The notes beneath the pieces are model-generated. The model saw only the letters and a list, made by a program, of their open reading frames with translations. It had not been told where the DNA came from and made no database searches. A stretch of 64,000 nucleotides of DNA from Macrostomum lignano (taxonomy: Eukaryota): positions 64,393 through 128,392 of the forward strand of contig NIVC01001211.1 in assembly GCA_002269645.1 (NCBI GenBank), given 5' to 3'. The position numbers and the translations under genes are program-made. Within the stretch, counting starts at the first letter, position 1; every line of letters starts with the position of its first letter. Positions 1-12,368 of this stretch are shown in pieces.

Positions 1-293
1 CCTGCGGCCCTGTTCCCGCGTGAATTATTAATTAACCTGGCAAGCCGCTGGCAAGGTCGCAGCCTCTGGGGAAAGAGGTGCGTGAGAGACATGTCCACTC
101 GCTCCTCTGCTCACTTCCTTCAGACTCCATTAGGGTCGTTTCACAAACCCTAATTTTCACAACGTCGAAAATAAGCAATGCAGCAGATTTCACAAGACCT
201 AAATTTCATAACACCTAAAAAGCTCCACTCGCTCCTCTGCTCACTTCCTTCAGACTCCATTCACTCACTCTCCATTAATCACCTACTATTCAC

Positions 294-903
294 TCACTCT
301 CAATCCCATTCGCTCACTCAGTCACATTCACCACTCTCAATCCCATTCGCTCACTCAGTCACATTCACGCACTCTCAATCCCATTCGCTCACTCTCAATC
401 CCATTCACCCACTCTAAATCTTATACATTCGTTCTCGATTTCATTCACTCACTCGACACTCTCGCTCCTTATTCACTCTTAATCTCATTCACGCACTCTC
501 AATCTCATTCGCTCACTCAGTCACATTCACGCACTCTCAATCCCATTCGCTCACTCAGTCACATTCACCACTCTCAATCCCATTCGCTCACTCAGTCACA
601 TTCACCACTCTCAATCCCATTCGCTCACTCAGTCACATTCACCACTCTCAATCCCATTTGCTCACTCATTCACATTCACCACTCTCAATCCCATTCGCTC
701 ACTCAGTCACATTCACCACTCTCAATCCCATTCGCTCACTCAGTCACATTCACCACTCTCAATCCCATTCGCTCACTCAGTCACATTCACCACTCTCAAT
801 CCCATTCGCTCACTCAGTCACATTCACCACTCTCAATCCCATTCGCTCACTCAGTCACATTCACCACTCTCAATCCCATTCGCTCACTCATTCACATTCA
901 CCA
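294..903. repeat. 37-bp minisatellite (cactctcaatcccattcgctcactcagtcacattcac)
   Basis: Period of 37 read directly (541 to 578); degenerate units at the left end. Confidence 0.9.
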
Positions 904-1236
904 CTATCATTTCCACGAGACCAATTAGCGAATGGGCGGCTGGCGCGACGGGCCATCATCCGAAGCAGCTCCCGCCACTCCACTCAGCTGCCTGTCACCC
1001 CAGGCTGGCCACGTGGCAGCGGCTGGGGCCTCCGATTGGTCGCGACGGCGCAGGCAGAGGCCTGAGAGCGGCGGCCATTGGCCCAGAGCCCCTCCATGAG
1101 CTCGGCGGCCCCGGCAGCCTGTTTTAAAAAATAAAAAAGAAAAGCGGACAACCCTCCACACCCAGCGCTTGTGAGCAGCCCGAGACCAGGCAATCTCAGC
1201 ACAGTTATATCGATCTGCGCCGCGCGAGTCGCACAA

Positions 1237-2404
1237 GGGGAGAATTATCCCACCCATCAAGCTTAACTCAGGTGAGCAAAGGGGAGAATTATCCCACCCA
1301 TCAAGCTTAACTCAGGTGAGCAAAGGGGAGAATTATCCCACCCATCCAGCTTAATTAACTCAGGTGAGCAAAGGGAGAATTATCCCACCCATCCAGCTTA
1401 ACTCAGGTGAGCAAGGGGAGAATTATCCCACCCATCAAGCTTAATGAACTCAGGTGAGCAAAGGGGAGAATTATCCCACCCATCCAGCTTAACTCAGGTG
1501 AGCAAGGGGAGAATTATCCCACCCATCAAGCTTAATGAACTCAGGTGAGCAAAGGGGAGAATTATCCCACCCATCCAGCTTAATGAACTCAGGTGAGCAA
1601 AGGGGAGAATTATCCCACCCATCCAGCTTAACTCAGGTGAGCAAAGGGGAGAATTATCCCACCCATCCAGCTTAATTAACTCAGGTGAGCAAGGGGAGAA
1701 TTATCCCACCCATCAAGCTTAACTCAGGTAAGCAAGGGGAGAATTATCCCACCCATCAAGCTTAATGAACTCAGGTGAGCAAAGGGGAGAATTATCCCAC
1801 CCATCCAGCTTAACTCAGGTGAGCAAAGGGGAGAATTATCCCACCCATCAAGCTTAACTCAGGTGAGCAAAGGGGAGAATTATCCCACCCATCCAGCTTA
1901 ACTCAGGTGAGCAAGGGGAGAATTATCCCACCCATCAAGCTTAATGAACTCAGGTGAGCAAAGGGGAGAATTATCCCACCCATCAAGCTTAATGAACTCA
2001 GGTGAGCAAAGGGGAGAATTATCCCACCCATCCAGCTTAACTCAGGTGAGCAAAGGGGAGAATTATCCCACCCATCCAGCTTAATTAACTCAGGTGAGCA
2101 AGGGGAGAATTATCCCACCCATCAAGCTTAACTCAGGTAAGCAAGGGGAGAATTATCCCACCCATCAAGCTTAATGAACTCAGGTGAGCAAAGGGGAGAA
2201 TTATCCCACCCATCCAGCTTAACTCAGGTGAGCAAAGGGGAGAATTATCCCACCCATCCAGCTTAATTAACTCAGGTGAGCAAGGGGAGAATTATCCCAC
2301 CCATCAAGCTTAACTCAGGTGAGCAAGGGGAGAATTATCCCACCCATCCAGCTTAACTCAGGTGAGCAAGGGCAGAATTATCCCACCCATCAAGCTTGAC
2401 TCAG
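1237..2404. repeat. ~44-bp minisatellite (26 units) upstream of the bHLH gene; units contain CAGGTGAG
   Basis: Unit ggggagaattatcccacccatc(a/c)agcttaa(ttaa/tgaa)ctcaggtgagcaaa; 25 ctcagg cores counted plus a final ctcagat unit. Confidence 0.92.
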
Positions 2405-2456
2405 ATACTGCAACGCCGGTCCCAAAAGCAGGTGCACCAACCAGCCTCCCACCGAC

Positions 2457-3062
2457 ATGTCAGCGGAGCCTCCTCGCCAGCCGGCCTACCCAGCGCTGTT
2501 CTACCCCGCTGCCGCCGCGGCCGCCTGGGACTTCCGGAGCGGAGGCACTGGCGGCGGCGCCGGCGGCTCGGCGACCTCAGCTGCGGCCGCTGCGGCTGCG
2601 GCGGCTCTGCTGGACTCGCGGCAGCCTCATCAGCACCACGGACACCCGCAGCACCCGGCGCTGCACCCGCAGCACCATCACCCGCGGCCGGCAGCGATCA
2701 GCCGCAACCCGTTCGACCCGCAGAGCCGCATCCCGCTGCCGCACCCGTTCGGCGAGTTCCACTTCGGCTGCGAGAGCTCCTTCATCCGCCGCCGCAACGA
2801 GCGCGAGCGCGAGCGGGTCCGCTTCGTGAACGAGGGCTACGAGCGGCTGAAGGAGACGCTGCCCTTCGAGAACAAGGACAAGCGCATCAGCAAGGTCGAG
2901 ATCCTCAAGACGGCCATCCGCTACATCCAGCACATGGAGAGCCTCCTGCGGGCGGCCGACCAGCAGCAGCAGGCGGAGCCGCGCAGCTCCGGCCTGAAGC
3001 GGCGCCCCCTCGGCCCCGAGCTGCAGGCCGAGCCGCAAGAGAAGCGGCTGCGGCCGGCTTGA
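2457..3062 (+). CDS. Ascl-like: Achaete-scute family bHLH transcription factor (ASCL3/4/5-like), single coding exon, 201 aa
   Basis: bHLH motif FIRRRNERERERVRFVNEGYERLKETLPFENKDKRISKVEILKTAIRYIQHMESLL, typical of achaete-scute b group; GC-rich codons; AATAAA near 3357. Confidence 0.9.
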   Translation: MSAEPPRQPAYPALFYPAAAAAAWDFRSGGTGGGAGGSATSAAAAAAAAALLDSRQPHQHHGHPQHPALHPQHHHPRPAAISRNPFDPQSRIPLPHPFGEFHFGCESSFIRRRNERERERVRFVNEGYERLKETLPFENKDKRISKVEILKTAIRYIQHMESLLRAADQQQQAEPRSSGLKRRPLGPELQAEPQEKRLRPA

Positions 3063-3544
3063 CTGGCGAAGGAGCGGCCGCCCCCGGACACAAGGGGCTA
3101 ATGGCCATCGCTTGTACGGCCACGCGACTCCCGTGGGGACAGCGCCCCCCCCCCCAACTTTCTCCCATACATTTGCGTGTTTGATGTTTCTGTGCACCTG
3201 CAGGGCCTCAGCAGCTGCGGTGTTAAGCCTCTTAATTAGATTTATTTACATATTTGTGCGAGTCCGCCCGCAGTCTGCACTGTAGATAATCGCAAAGCCG
3301 TCACCGCCTGCTCATTCACTCATTTATTCACTCATGTGCGTTAAACAAGGAGGCTAAATAAACTGTACAGCTGGCGGTGGCCGCAGCCGCTTCCGCGTTT
3401 AGAGAAAAACAGCGATTCGAGTTTCAGAGGCTTCATTTCCGCTCTGGTCTGGGAACTCAAACTGGACAGTCGAAAACGGGGAGACTTTATGAGAACGCAT
3501 TGGCTTGAAGACAACAGAAATGAAAAGAGAAATTAACAGAAGAG

Positions 3545-4075
3545 ACGGATGAAAGGAGGCAGATGAAGGGAGGCAGATGAAGGGAGGCAGATGAAGGGAG
3601 GCAGATGAAGCGAGGCAGATGAAGGGAGGAGGCAGATGAAGGGAGAAGACAGATGAAAGGAGGCAGATGAAGCGAGAAGACAGATGAAGGGGAGGCAGAT
3701 GGAGGGAGAAGACAGATGAAAGGAGGCAGATGAAGCGAGAAGACAGATGAAGGGGAGGCAGATGGAGGGAGAAGACAGATGAAGGGGAAGTAGATGAAGG
3801 GAGAAGACAGATGAAAGGAGGCAGATGAAGGGAGAAGACAGATGAAGGGAGGAGGCAGATGAAGGGAGAAGACAGATGAAAGGAGGAGGCAGATGAAGGG
3901 AGAAGACAGATAAGGGAGGAGACGATGAAAGGAGGCAGATGAAGGGAGAAGACAGATGAAAGGAGGCAGATGAAGGGAGAAGACAGATGAAAGGAGGCAG
4001 ATGAAGGGAGAAGACAGATGAAAGGAGGCAGATGAAGGGAGAAGACAGATGAAGGGGAGGCAGACGAAGAGAAAG
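3545..4075. repeat. GA-rich degenerate minisatellite (gaagggaggcagat / gaagggagaagacagat)
   Basis: Tandem purine-rich units visible directly. Confidence 0.85.
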
Positions 4076-4577
4076 ATGAAGGAAGGAGGCAGGTGAGAGC
4101 AGCAAAGCTAGCGCAGAGACAGGCAGGGATGGGGGGTTCAGCAGTCGCAGATACCGTCAGCAAATGGAGCGGCAATGGAAAACAAACAGGCAGGCAGGAG
4201 ACAAAGCAGTCCCGGCGGGAAGTTAAACAGCACGAGAGCGAATGAGCCGATAAAAATTGCGGGCCTTCCGCTGAGCAACCGGTGTCGCAGGGATCTTCAG
4301 CACCGCAGAGCAGGGCAAACAGGACAACAAAGAGTGACAGAGCAGGGCCGGTGTTTGCCGAGAAGGCAGGTATGGGACTCAATTAATTAGACTGGAGCCT
4401 CGCCGCTGTCTCCGCTGAGCTCTCACTACTTGAGTCAATTGTGAGTTGCCCGCCCCGGCTGTGGGAATTCCAGGCCTGCCGACAGACTGCCACCGGAGAC
4501 AGCAGAAAAAAGCAGAGCGCCCCAACCCCCATTGTGGCTGGTGGGGAGCGCCCGCCTGTTGGGGTCGGCGGGTAGCG

Positions 4578-4928
4578 AGCGCGAGTGCCGGGTGCGAATA
4601 CGAGTGCAGGGTGCGAATACGAGTGCAGGGTGCGAATACGAGTGCAGGAGTGCGAATACGAGTGCCGGGTGCGAATACGAGTGCAGGGTGCGAATACGAG
4701 TGCAGGGTGCGAATACGAGTGCAGGGTGCGAATACGAGTGCAGGGTGCGAATACGAGTGCAGGGTGCGAATACGAGTGCAGGGTGCGAATACGAGTGCAG
4801 GGTGCGAATACGAGTGCAGGGTGCGAATACGAGTGCAGGGTGCGAATACGAGTGCAGGGTGCGAATACGAGTGCAGGGTGCGAATACGAGTGCAGGGTGC
4901 GAATACGAGTGCAGGAGTGCGAATACAA
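4578..4928. repeat. 19-bp minisatellite (gggtgcgaatacgagtgca)
   Basis: Near-perfect tandem units; explains the 19-aa periodic ORFs. Confidence 0.92.
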
Positions 4929-4944
4929 GATAGTATGAGTCGCG

Positions 4945-5432
4945 GAGTGACAGTGGGAGCAGCAGAGTAACATTGGGAGCAGCAGAGTGACAGTGGGAGT
5001 GGCAGAGTGACAGTGGGAGCAGCAGAGTGACAGTGGGAGCAGTAGCGTGACAGTGGCAGTGGCAGAGTGACATTGGGAGCAGCAGAGTGACAGTGGGAGC
5101 AGTAGCGTGACAGTGGCAGTGGCAGAGTGACAGTGGGAGCAGTAGCGTGACAGTGGCAGTGGCAGAGTGACATTGGGAGCAGCAGAGTGACAGTGGGAGC
5201 AGTAGCGTGACAGTGGCAGTGGCAGAGTGACATTGGGAGCAGCAGAGTGACAGTGGGAGCAGCAGAGTAACATTGGGAGCAGCAGAGTGACAGTGGGAGC
5301 ATTAAAGTGACAGTGGGAGCAGCAGAGTGACAGTGGGAGAGGCAGAGTGACAGTGGGAGCAGCAGAGTGACATTAGGAGCAGCAGAGTGACAGTGGGAGA
5401 GGCAGAGTGACAGTGGGAGAGGCAGAGTGACA
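4945..5432. repeat. 20-bp minisatellite (gtgacagtgggagcagcaga)
   Basis: Period of 20 read directly. Confidence 0.92.
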
Positions 5433-5845
5433 TGTGGATTGTGGAGTAGCAGAGCAGCAGTTGAAATGATATTTAGTGTTGAATAGTGACAGAGAAGGCG
5501 TCAGAGGTGAGGAGGGGTCGCCCCAGAGCAAAGAACAGAATTCCAGAACACACTGCTGAGGCGCGAAGGATTTGGCTGTTAAAGAATCCGCTACAGCCGT
5601 TGCGCAGCGGTGGCAATATAAATAATTTAGTTCATGTGTATTTGCGGGCAGGCAGTATTGAAACAAAGAAGCAAAACCGAGTCAGTGAAGTCTCCGCAGC
5701 CCAAACAGAAAGGTTCAACAAACATCAGATACTGCTTACTGCTAGGGAAACGAGAGGGCCAACTGAGAAATAAGCGAATTTTGCAGGCAAAACCTTTGCA
5801 ATCTACAGCCACCTAATAGACTAATAACTAGCTAGTGCCAGTCAG

Positions 5846-6836
5846 TGCCTGACACTGACAGCAGACCTGACAGCTAGTGCCTGACACTGCCCGCAGACCT
5901 CACAGCTAGTGCCTGACACTGACAGCAGACCTGACAGCTAGTGCCTGACACTGACAGCAGACCTGGCAGCTAGTGCCTGACACTGCCCGCAGACCTGACA
6001 GCTAGTGCCTGACACTGACAGCAGACCTGACAGCTAGTGCCTGACACTGACAGCAGACCTGGCAGCTAGTGCCTGACACTGCCCGCAGACCTGACAGCTA
6101 GTGCCTGACACTGACAGCAGACCTGACAGCTAGTGCCTGACACTGCCCGCAGACCTGACAGCTAGTGCCTGACACTGACAGCAGACCTGACAGCTAGTGC
6201 CTGACACTGACAGCAGACCTGACAGCTAGTGCCTGACACTGACAGCAGACCTGACAGCTAGTGCCTGACACTGACAGCAGACCTGACAGCTAGTGCCTGA
6301 CACTGACAGCAGACCTGACAGCTAGTGCCTGACACTGACAGCAGACCTGACAGCTAGTGCCTGACACTGACAGCAGACCTGACAGCTAGTGCCTGACACT
6401 GACAGCAGACCTGACAGCTAGTGCCTGACACTGACAGCAGACCTGACAGCTAGTGCCTGACACTGACAGCAGACCTGACAGCTAGTGCCTGACACTGACA
6501 GCAGACCTGACAGCTAGTGCCTGACACTGACAGCAGACCTGACAGCTAGTGCCTGACACTGACAGCAGACCTGACAGCTAGTGCCTGACACTGACAGCAG
6601 ACCTGACAGCTAGTGCCTGACACTGACAGCAGACCTGACAGCTAGTGCCTGACACTGCCCGCAGACCTGACAGCTAGTGCCTGACACTGACAGCAGACCT
6701 GACAGCTAGTGCCTGACACTGCCCGCAGACCTGACAGCTAGTGCCTGACACTGACAGCAGACCTGACAGCTAGTGCCTGACACTGACAGCAGACCTGACA
6801 GCTAGTGCCTGACACTGACAGCAGACCTGACAGCTA
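5846..6836. repeat. 32-bp minisatellite (cagacctgacagctagtgcctgacactgacag), ~31 units
   Basis: Period of 32 (6182 to 6214); highly homogeneous. Confidence 0.93.
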
Positions 6837-7008
6837 CTGGCTGCCAGGTGACAGAGGAAGAGAATAAAACAGACAATAAAACTCAAAAGGTCTCCACCAG
6901 CTAATGTGAGGCAGGATATGCAATGTACACAGGATGGGGCAGAGTTGGCACGGCAGGGGCAGTGATGAGTTTCTCAGAGAGTTCGCAGCAGCCCCGGCAG
7001 GCGAGCCC

Positions 7009-10000
7009 TCAGTCCATCTTGATGTTGGTGTAGATGTAGCGCACGAACTGCATGGAGGCAGCGAAGGACACGGTGCCGAGCGTGAGGAAGAACACGTAGC
7101 ACAGCAGGATGGAGTAGCCGAAGAACTCCACCGCCTGCAGCAGGCCGCTCATGTTGCTGCGAAAGTAGAAGAAGAAGGCCGAGTACAGCAGCACGAAGAA
7201 GGCGCTGGAGCCGCCGCTGAACACGGAGCGCCACCACCAGCGGTAGTCCTCGGCGGACAGCTGGAAGTAGGTCAGCGCCACCGCCACGCAGGCCGTCACG
7301 GACAGCAGGATGATGTACACCACGGCCAGGATGCCGTACAGGGTGTAGTGCTGCCGGCCCCACACTGTGGCGTAGATGTAGTACAGCTCCACCTGCGGGC
7401 GGGGCTAGTAATGATGCTGAGTGCGCCTTGGCTGCCTCCTGCATCTGGCCAATCATGGCATTCAGCTGCGATACGGCATTGGTTTCACACATCCCCCACT
7501 GGGCTGGCAATTTGAGGTCACAGCAGTAAGAATCTGAGGTCACAGCAGTGAGAATCTGAGGTCACAGCAGTGAGAATCTGAGGTCACAGCAGTGAGAATC
7601 TGAGGTCACAGCAGTGAGAATCTGAGGTCACAGCAGTGAGAATCTGAGGTCACAGCAGTGAGAATCTGAGGTCACAGCAGTGAGAATCTGAGGTCACAGC
7701 AGTGAGAATCTGAGGTCACAGCAGTGAGAATCTGAGGTCACAGCAGTGAGAATCTGAGTTCACAGCAGTGAGAATCTGAGGTCACAGCAGTGAGAATCTG
7801 AGGTCGGTCACAGCAGTGAGAATCTGAGGTCACAGCAGTGAGAATCTGAGGTCACAGCAGTGAGAATCTGAGGTCACAGCAGTGAGAATCTGAGGTCACA
7901 GCAGTGAGAATCTGAGGTCACAGAAGTGAGAATCTGAGGTCACAGCAGTGAGAATTGAGGTCACAGCAGTAAGAATCTGAGGTCACAGCAGTGAGAATCT
8001 GAGGTCACAGCAGTGAGAATCTGAGGTCACAGCAGTGAGAATCTGAGGTCACAGCAGTGAGAATCTGAGGTCACAGCAGTGAGAATCTGAGGTCACAGCA
8101 GTAAGAATCTGAGGTCACAGCAGTGAGAATCTGAGGTCACAGCAGTGAGAATCTGAGGTCACAGCAGTGAGAATCTGAGGTCACAGCAGTGAGAATCTGA
8201 GGTCACAGCAGTGAGAATCTGAGGTCACAGCAGTGAGAATCTGAGGTCACAGCAGTGAGAATCTGAGGTCACAGCAGTGAGAATCTGAGGTCACAGCAGT
8301 GAGAATCTGAGGTCACAGCAGTGAGAATCTGAGTTCACAGCAGTGAGAATCTGAGGTCACAGCAGTGAGAATCTGAGGTCGGTCACAGCAGTGAGAATCT
8401 GAGGTCACAGCAGTGAGAATCTGAGGTCACAGCAGTGAGAATCTGAGGTCACAGCAGTGAGAATCTGAGGTCACAGCAGTGAGAATTGAGGTCACAGCAG
8501 TAAGAATCTGAGGTCACAGCAGTGAGAATCTGAGGTCACAGCAGTGAGAATCTGAGGTCACAGCAGTGAGAATCTGTCGCAGCCACTCACCGACACGGCG
8601 CTGAAGCTGAGGAAGCCGCCGATGAGGCAGTGCACGGGCCAGGTCTTGTAGCAGGGCACGGCGGGGATCTCCCTGGGGATGTTCTTTGTGCGACAGGGAG
8701 CGTCCAGGCCGGGCGGCGCGTTCTTGCCGGCCATGCCGCCCAGGATGGTGAGCGGGAAGCCGAGGAACAGCCACAGGCACAGCAGCAGCAGCACGGTGGA
8801 CCAGGGCAGCGCCTGGGTGGTGCCGTAGGCCCAGGCCACCGAGTTCACCACGGCCCACACCATGAACAGCGGGAAGGCGAACAGGAAGGAGGTCAGCAGC
8901 ACGTTGCGGGCCCAGCGCTCGCCGCCCAGCCGGCGGAACATTCGACAGGACACGAAGCCGGCGATGCCAGAGGTGAAGGCGTACAGCACGATGCCGGCGG
9001 AGTTGATGTTGCCGTGGTGGTGCACGTTGAACAGGCCGAGCAGCGCCATGACGAACAGGCCGGTGATGATGGCCAGGAACTGCGCGCCCACCCCGATGGT
9101 GGCGGAGAAGAAGCACTTGTGCTTGGGCGGCCTGAACACATCGTTGTGCACCGTCTTCCAGCCGTTGTCCGAGTCTTCGTCCGCCTCCTCGTCCTCCAGG
9201 TTGTACCTGAGGGTGGCGGCGACCGGTTCGTTCACTGCGTGCTTTGCCAGTGCGGATGCAGCTCAGCTGATGCAGCTGGAGAAACACTAGGGGTCATGAC
9301 CCCAAGGAAGCAGAACACCTCCTCCTTACTCAAGTCACCAGTATGCTCACGCTGCTAAGGCAGACCAAAATTTTACAGCAGTCTGGCTGGTGCACTCTGG
9401 CATGCCCGGGTAGAATTCCCACTCCCCTTGTCTTCCTTCAAACGTGTGAGCAGCGGAGGGTCCAAGTGGGTCAGTGGTGCCAGCGGACCCAAGGATCAGG
9501 TCCTGGATTCGCCACTTTTTAAGTTTTAACATTCGAGATACAGGCGCTTGGTGGTATGAAGCGGAACCAACTGTGTTTTGTACTATGCAACTGTGTTTTC
9601 TTCTATTTAACTTGATGTATTCTTGTTTAAAGTCAAAAACGTAATTGGCGGGCAATGATCGGCAGGGAAAAGTCGGCAGGGAAAGGTCGGCAGGGAAGGT
9701 CGGCAGGGAAAAGTCGGCAGGGAAGGGTCGGCAGGGAAAGGTCGGCAGGGAAAGGTCGGCAGGGAAAGGTCGGCAGGGAAAGGTCGGCAGGGAAAAGTCG
9801 GCAGGGAAAGGTCGGCAGGGAAAAGTCGGCAGGGAAGGTCGGCAGGGAAGGGTCGGCAGGGAAGGGTCGGCAGGGAAAGGTCGGCAGGGAAAGGTCGGCA
9901 GGGAAAGGTCGGCAGGGAAGGGTCGGCAGGGAAGGGTCGGCAGGGAAGGGTCGGCAGGGAAAGGTCGGCAGGGAAAGGTCGGCAGGGAAGGGTCGGCAGG

Positions 10001-11083
10001 GAATGTTCGGCAGGGAAAGGTCGGCAGGGAAAGGTCGGCAGGGGAGGGTCGGCAGGGAAAGGTCGGCAGGGAAGGGTCGGCAGGGAAGGGTCGGCAGGGA
10101 AGGGTCGGCAGGGAAAGGTCGGCAGGGAAAGGTCGGCAGGGAAGGGTCGGCAGGGAAAGGTCGGCAGGGAAGGGTCGGCAGGGAAAGGTCGGCAGGGAAG
10201 GGTCGGCAGGGAATGTTCGGCAGGGAAAGGTCGGCAGGGAAAGGTCGGCAGGGGAGGGTCGGCAGGGAAAGGTCGGCAGGGCAAAGAAGCGCTGCAAGCC
10301 GCACCTGGCGAAGTCTTTCTTGAGAATGCGGAACAGGATCACGGTGACAAAGCCGATGAGGAGCAGCACGAGGATCAGCGAGTTGATCACCGACAGCCAG
10401 TGGATCTCCAGGGTCTTGGGGAAGAAGGATGTGTCCTTGATGAGCTTGGCCCGGTCCTCGAACTTGACGTCAGACTTGACCCAGGCCACCGAGTAGGTGA
10501 AGGCGACCTGACTGCCCGGCTGCAGCTTGGCGAGGTCCACGGGCGCCTTCTCCTGCGTGACCACCTTGACGAAGACGATGCGCTGGCCGCTGAAGTAGAA
10601 CCTGAACGAGAAGTGCGTCCACAGGAACACCTTGTGCGAGTGCGGCACGAAGCCCGTCTCCTCCAGGTGGCCAACGAAGCCGCGCACAGGAATGTCGTCC
10701 ACCACGAACTCGAAGTAGTACAGGTCCTCCACGGCCGTGCGCAGCTGCTCCAGGTCCGCCGCAGACAGCTGCTTGCTGCACAGCACCTTGTCGGCGGCGT
10801 CCTGGCCGAACCGGATGTCGAACATGGACTGCGCCATGCGGTCTCCGTCCAGCAGCTCGCCGAGGCTCATTGACTTGTGCACAATGGTGGCCGGCCGGCA
10901 CACGGGCAGCTGGTAGTAGTGGTAGGTCTCGTGCGGGTTGAAGTACGGGCCGACCTTGTTCACGTACACCTGCACCGGGCCGCCCTGCTTGTACAGCTCG
11001 GCGCCGCCGGCCGCGCGGAGCAGCGCCGCGGCGCAGCACAGCAGTAGGAGGCTGTGGAACGGCTTCATCGCGACCTGGGTCAT
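7009..11083 (-). CDS. TM9SF1: Transmembrane 9 superfamily member 1, 3 coding exons: 11083-10305, 9206-8591, 7392-7009 (592 aa)
   Basis: Signal peptide then [54 protein letters not shown] and C-terminal [12 protein letters not shown] match TM9SF1; GT/AG junctions keep frame (1779 nt). Confidence 0.95.
7513..8576. repeat. 22-bp minisatellite (tgaggtcacagcagtgagaatc) in TM9SF1 intron 2
   Basis: Period of 22, ~48 units. Confidence 0.93.
9657..10280. repeat. 14-bp minisatellite (tcggcagggaaagg) in TM9SF1 intron 1
   Basis: Period of 14 read directly. Confidence 0.92.
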
Positions 11084-11161
11084 TGCGGCCTGAAGGAGTG
11101 AGGGCGCTGCAATTCCAGGCGCGGTGCGGACTTTGACAGCACTGCGGACAGCTGGGAAACA

Positions 11162-11163
11162 GG

Positions 11164-11223
<60 letters not shown>

Positions 11224-11296
11224 GACACACACACACACAGACAGACAGACAGACAGATAGACAAACATACAGATAGACAGACAAACAAACACAGAC

Positions 11297-11367
<71 letters not shown>

Positions 11368-11538
11368 CAGGCAGACAGACAAACAGACAGACAGACAAAC
11401 AGACAGACAGACGGAAAGACAGACAGACAGACAGACGGAAAGACAGGCAGACAGACAGACGGAAAGACAGGCAGACAGACAAACAGACAGACAGACGGAA
11501 AGACAGACATACAGATAGACAGACAAACAAACACAGAC

Positions 11539-11605
<67 letters not shown>

Positions 11606-11785
11606 CAGGCAGACAGACAAACAGACAGACAGACAAACAGACAGACAGACGGAAAGACAGACAGACAGACAGACGGAAAGACAGGCAGACAGACAGACGG
11701 AAAGACAGGCAGACAGACAAACAGACAGACAGACGGAAAGACAGACACAGACAGAAAGACATACAGACAGACAAACAGACAGACG
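11162..11785. repeat. (CAGA)n-type compound microsatellite upstream of the TM9SF1 start
   Basis: Direct reading. Confidence 0.9.
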
Positions 11786-12368
11786 GACGGTGCCCCAAAT
11801 AAAGAGACATGAGAGCGGTGTCAGTAATAAGCGGATCAGACGGTCACCCAGCAGCCACCTCTATATTTGCTGAAGCAATTCCAAAGCAGGAGACTCCGTG
11901 TGGAGACAAAAATTGCGCGGAAAAAGAACAAAAAACTTGCCCTATTTGGGGATGACAAAATGATGAATCAAGCCGAAAGGCCTCTTGTGATTTCCTGTGG
12001 GTGGCAGAAAGCAGAAGGCGGAGGCATTGCACGGGTCTGACTAGGAGATCGGGGCGGGCGGGCGCGGGCCTGCAAAATCAGAACTCCGAAATGACACAGA
12101 AAAGCCGAATTCGAGAGGAGCCGCGAACGAGTGTTAAATTCGGGCAGTTTGGAAGAGTATCGCAGATAATTACTAATAGCTAAGAAATCAAAGCGTCGGC
12201 GAACACCCGAGCGAACTGTGACGCCAAACTGTGTATGTATGCTAAAATAAGCTAAAAATTTGCGCTGCTCTACTGCCGCGCTGGCGAGTAGCAAAGTTGG
12301 CGTGCGGCGTTTAAAATTGAAATAAAAACTGTCGGCTACGGCCAGAGCTCGGAGCTCCGCTGCCCGAA

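Noticed and set aside
3399-5302. Long ORFs (327, 307, 296 aa etc.)
   Set aside because: Periodic translations of minisatellites.
9347-11620. 757-aa ORF
   Set aside because: Read-through of upstream microsatellite, TM9SF1 exon 1 and intron 1 repeat; only 10305-11083 is coding.
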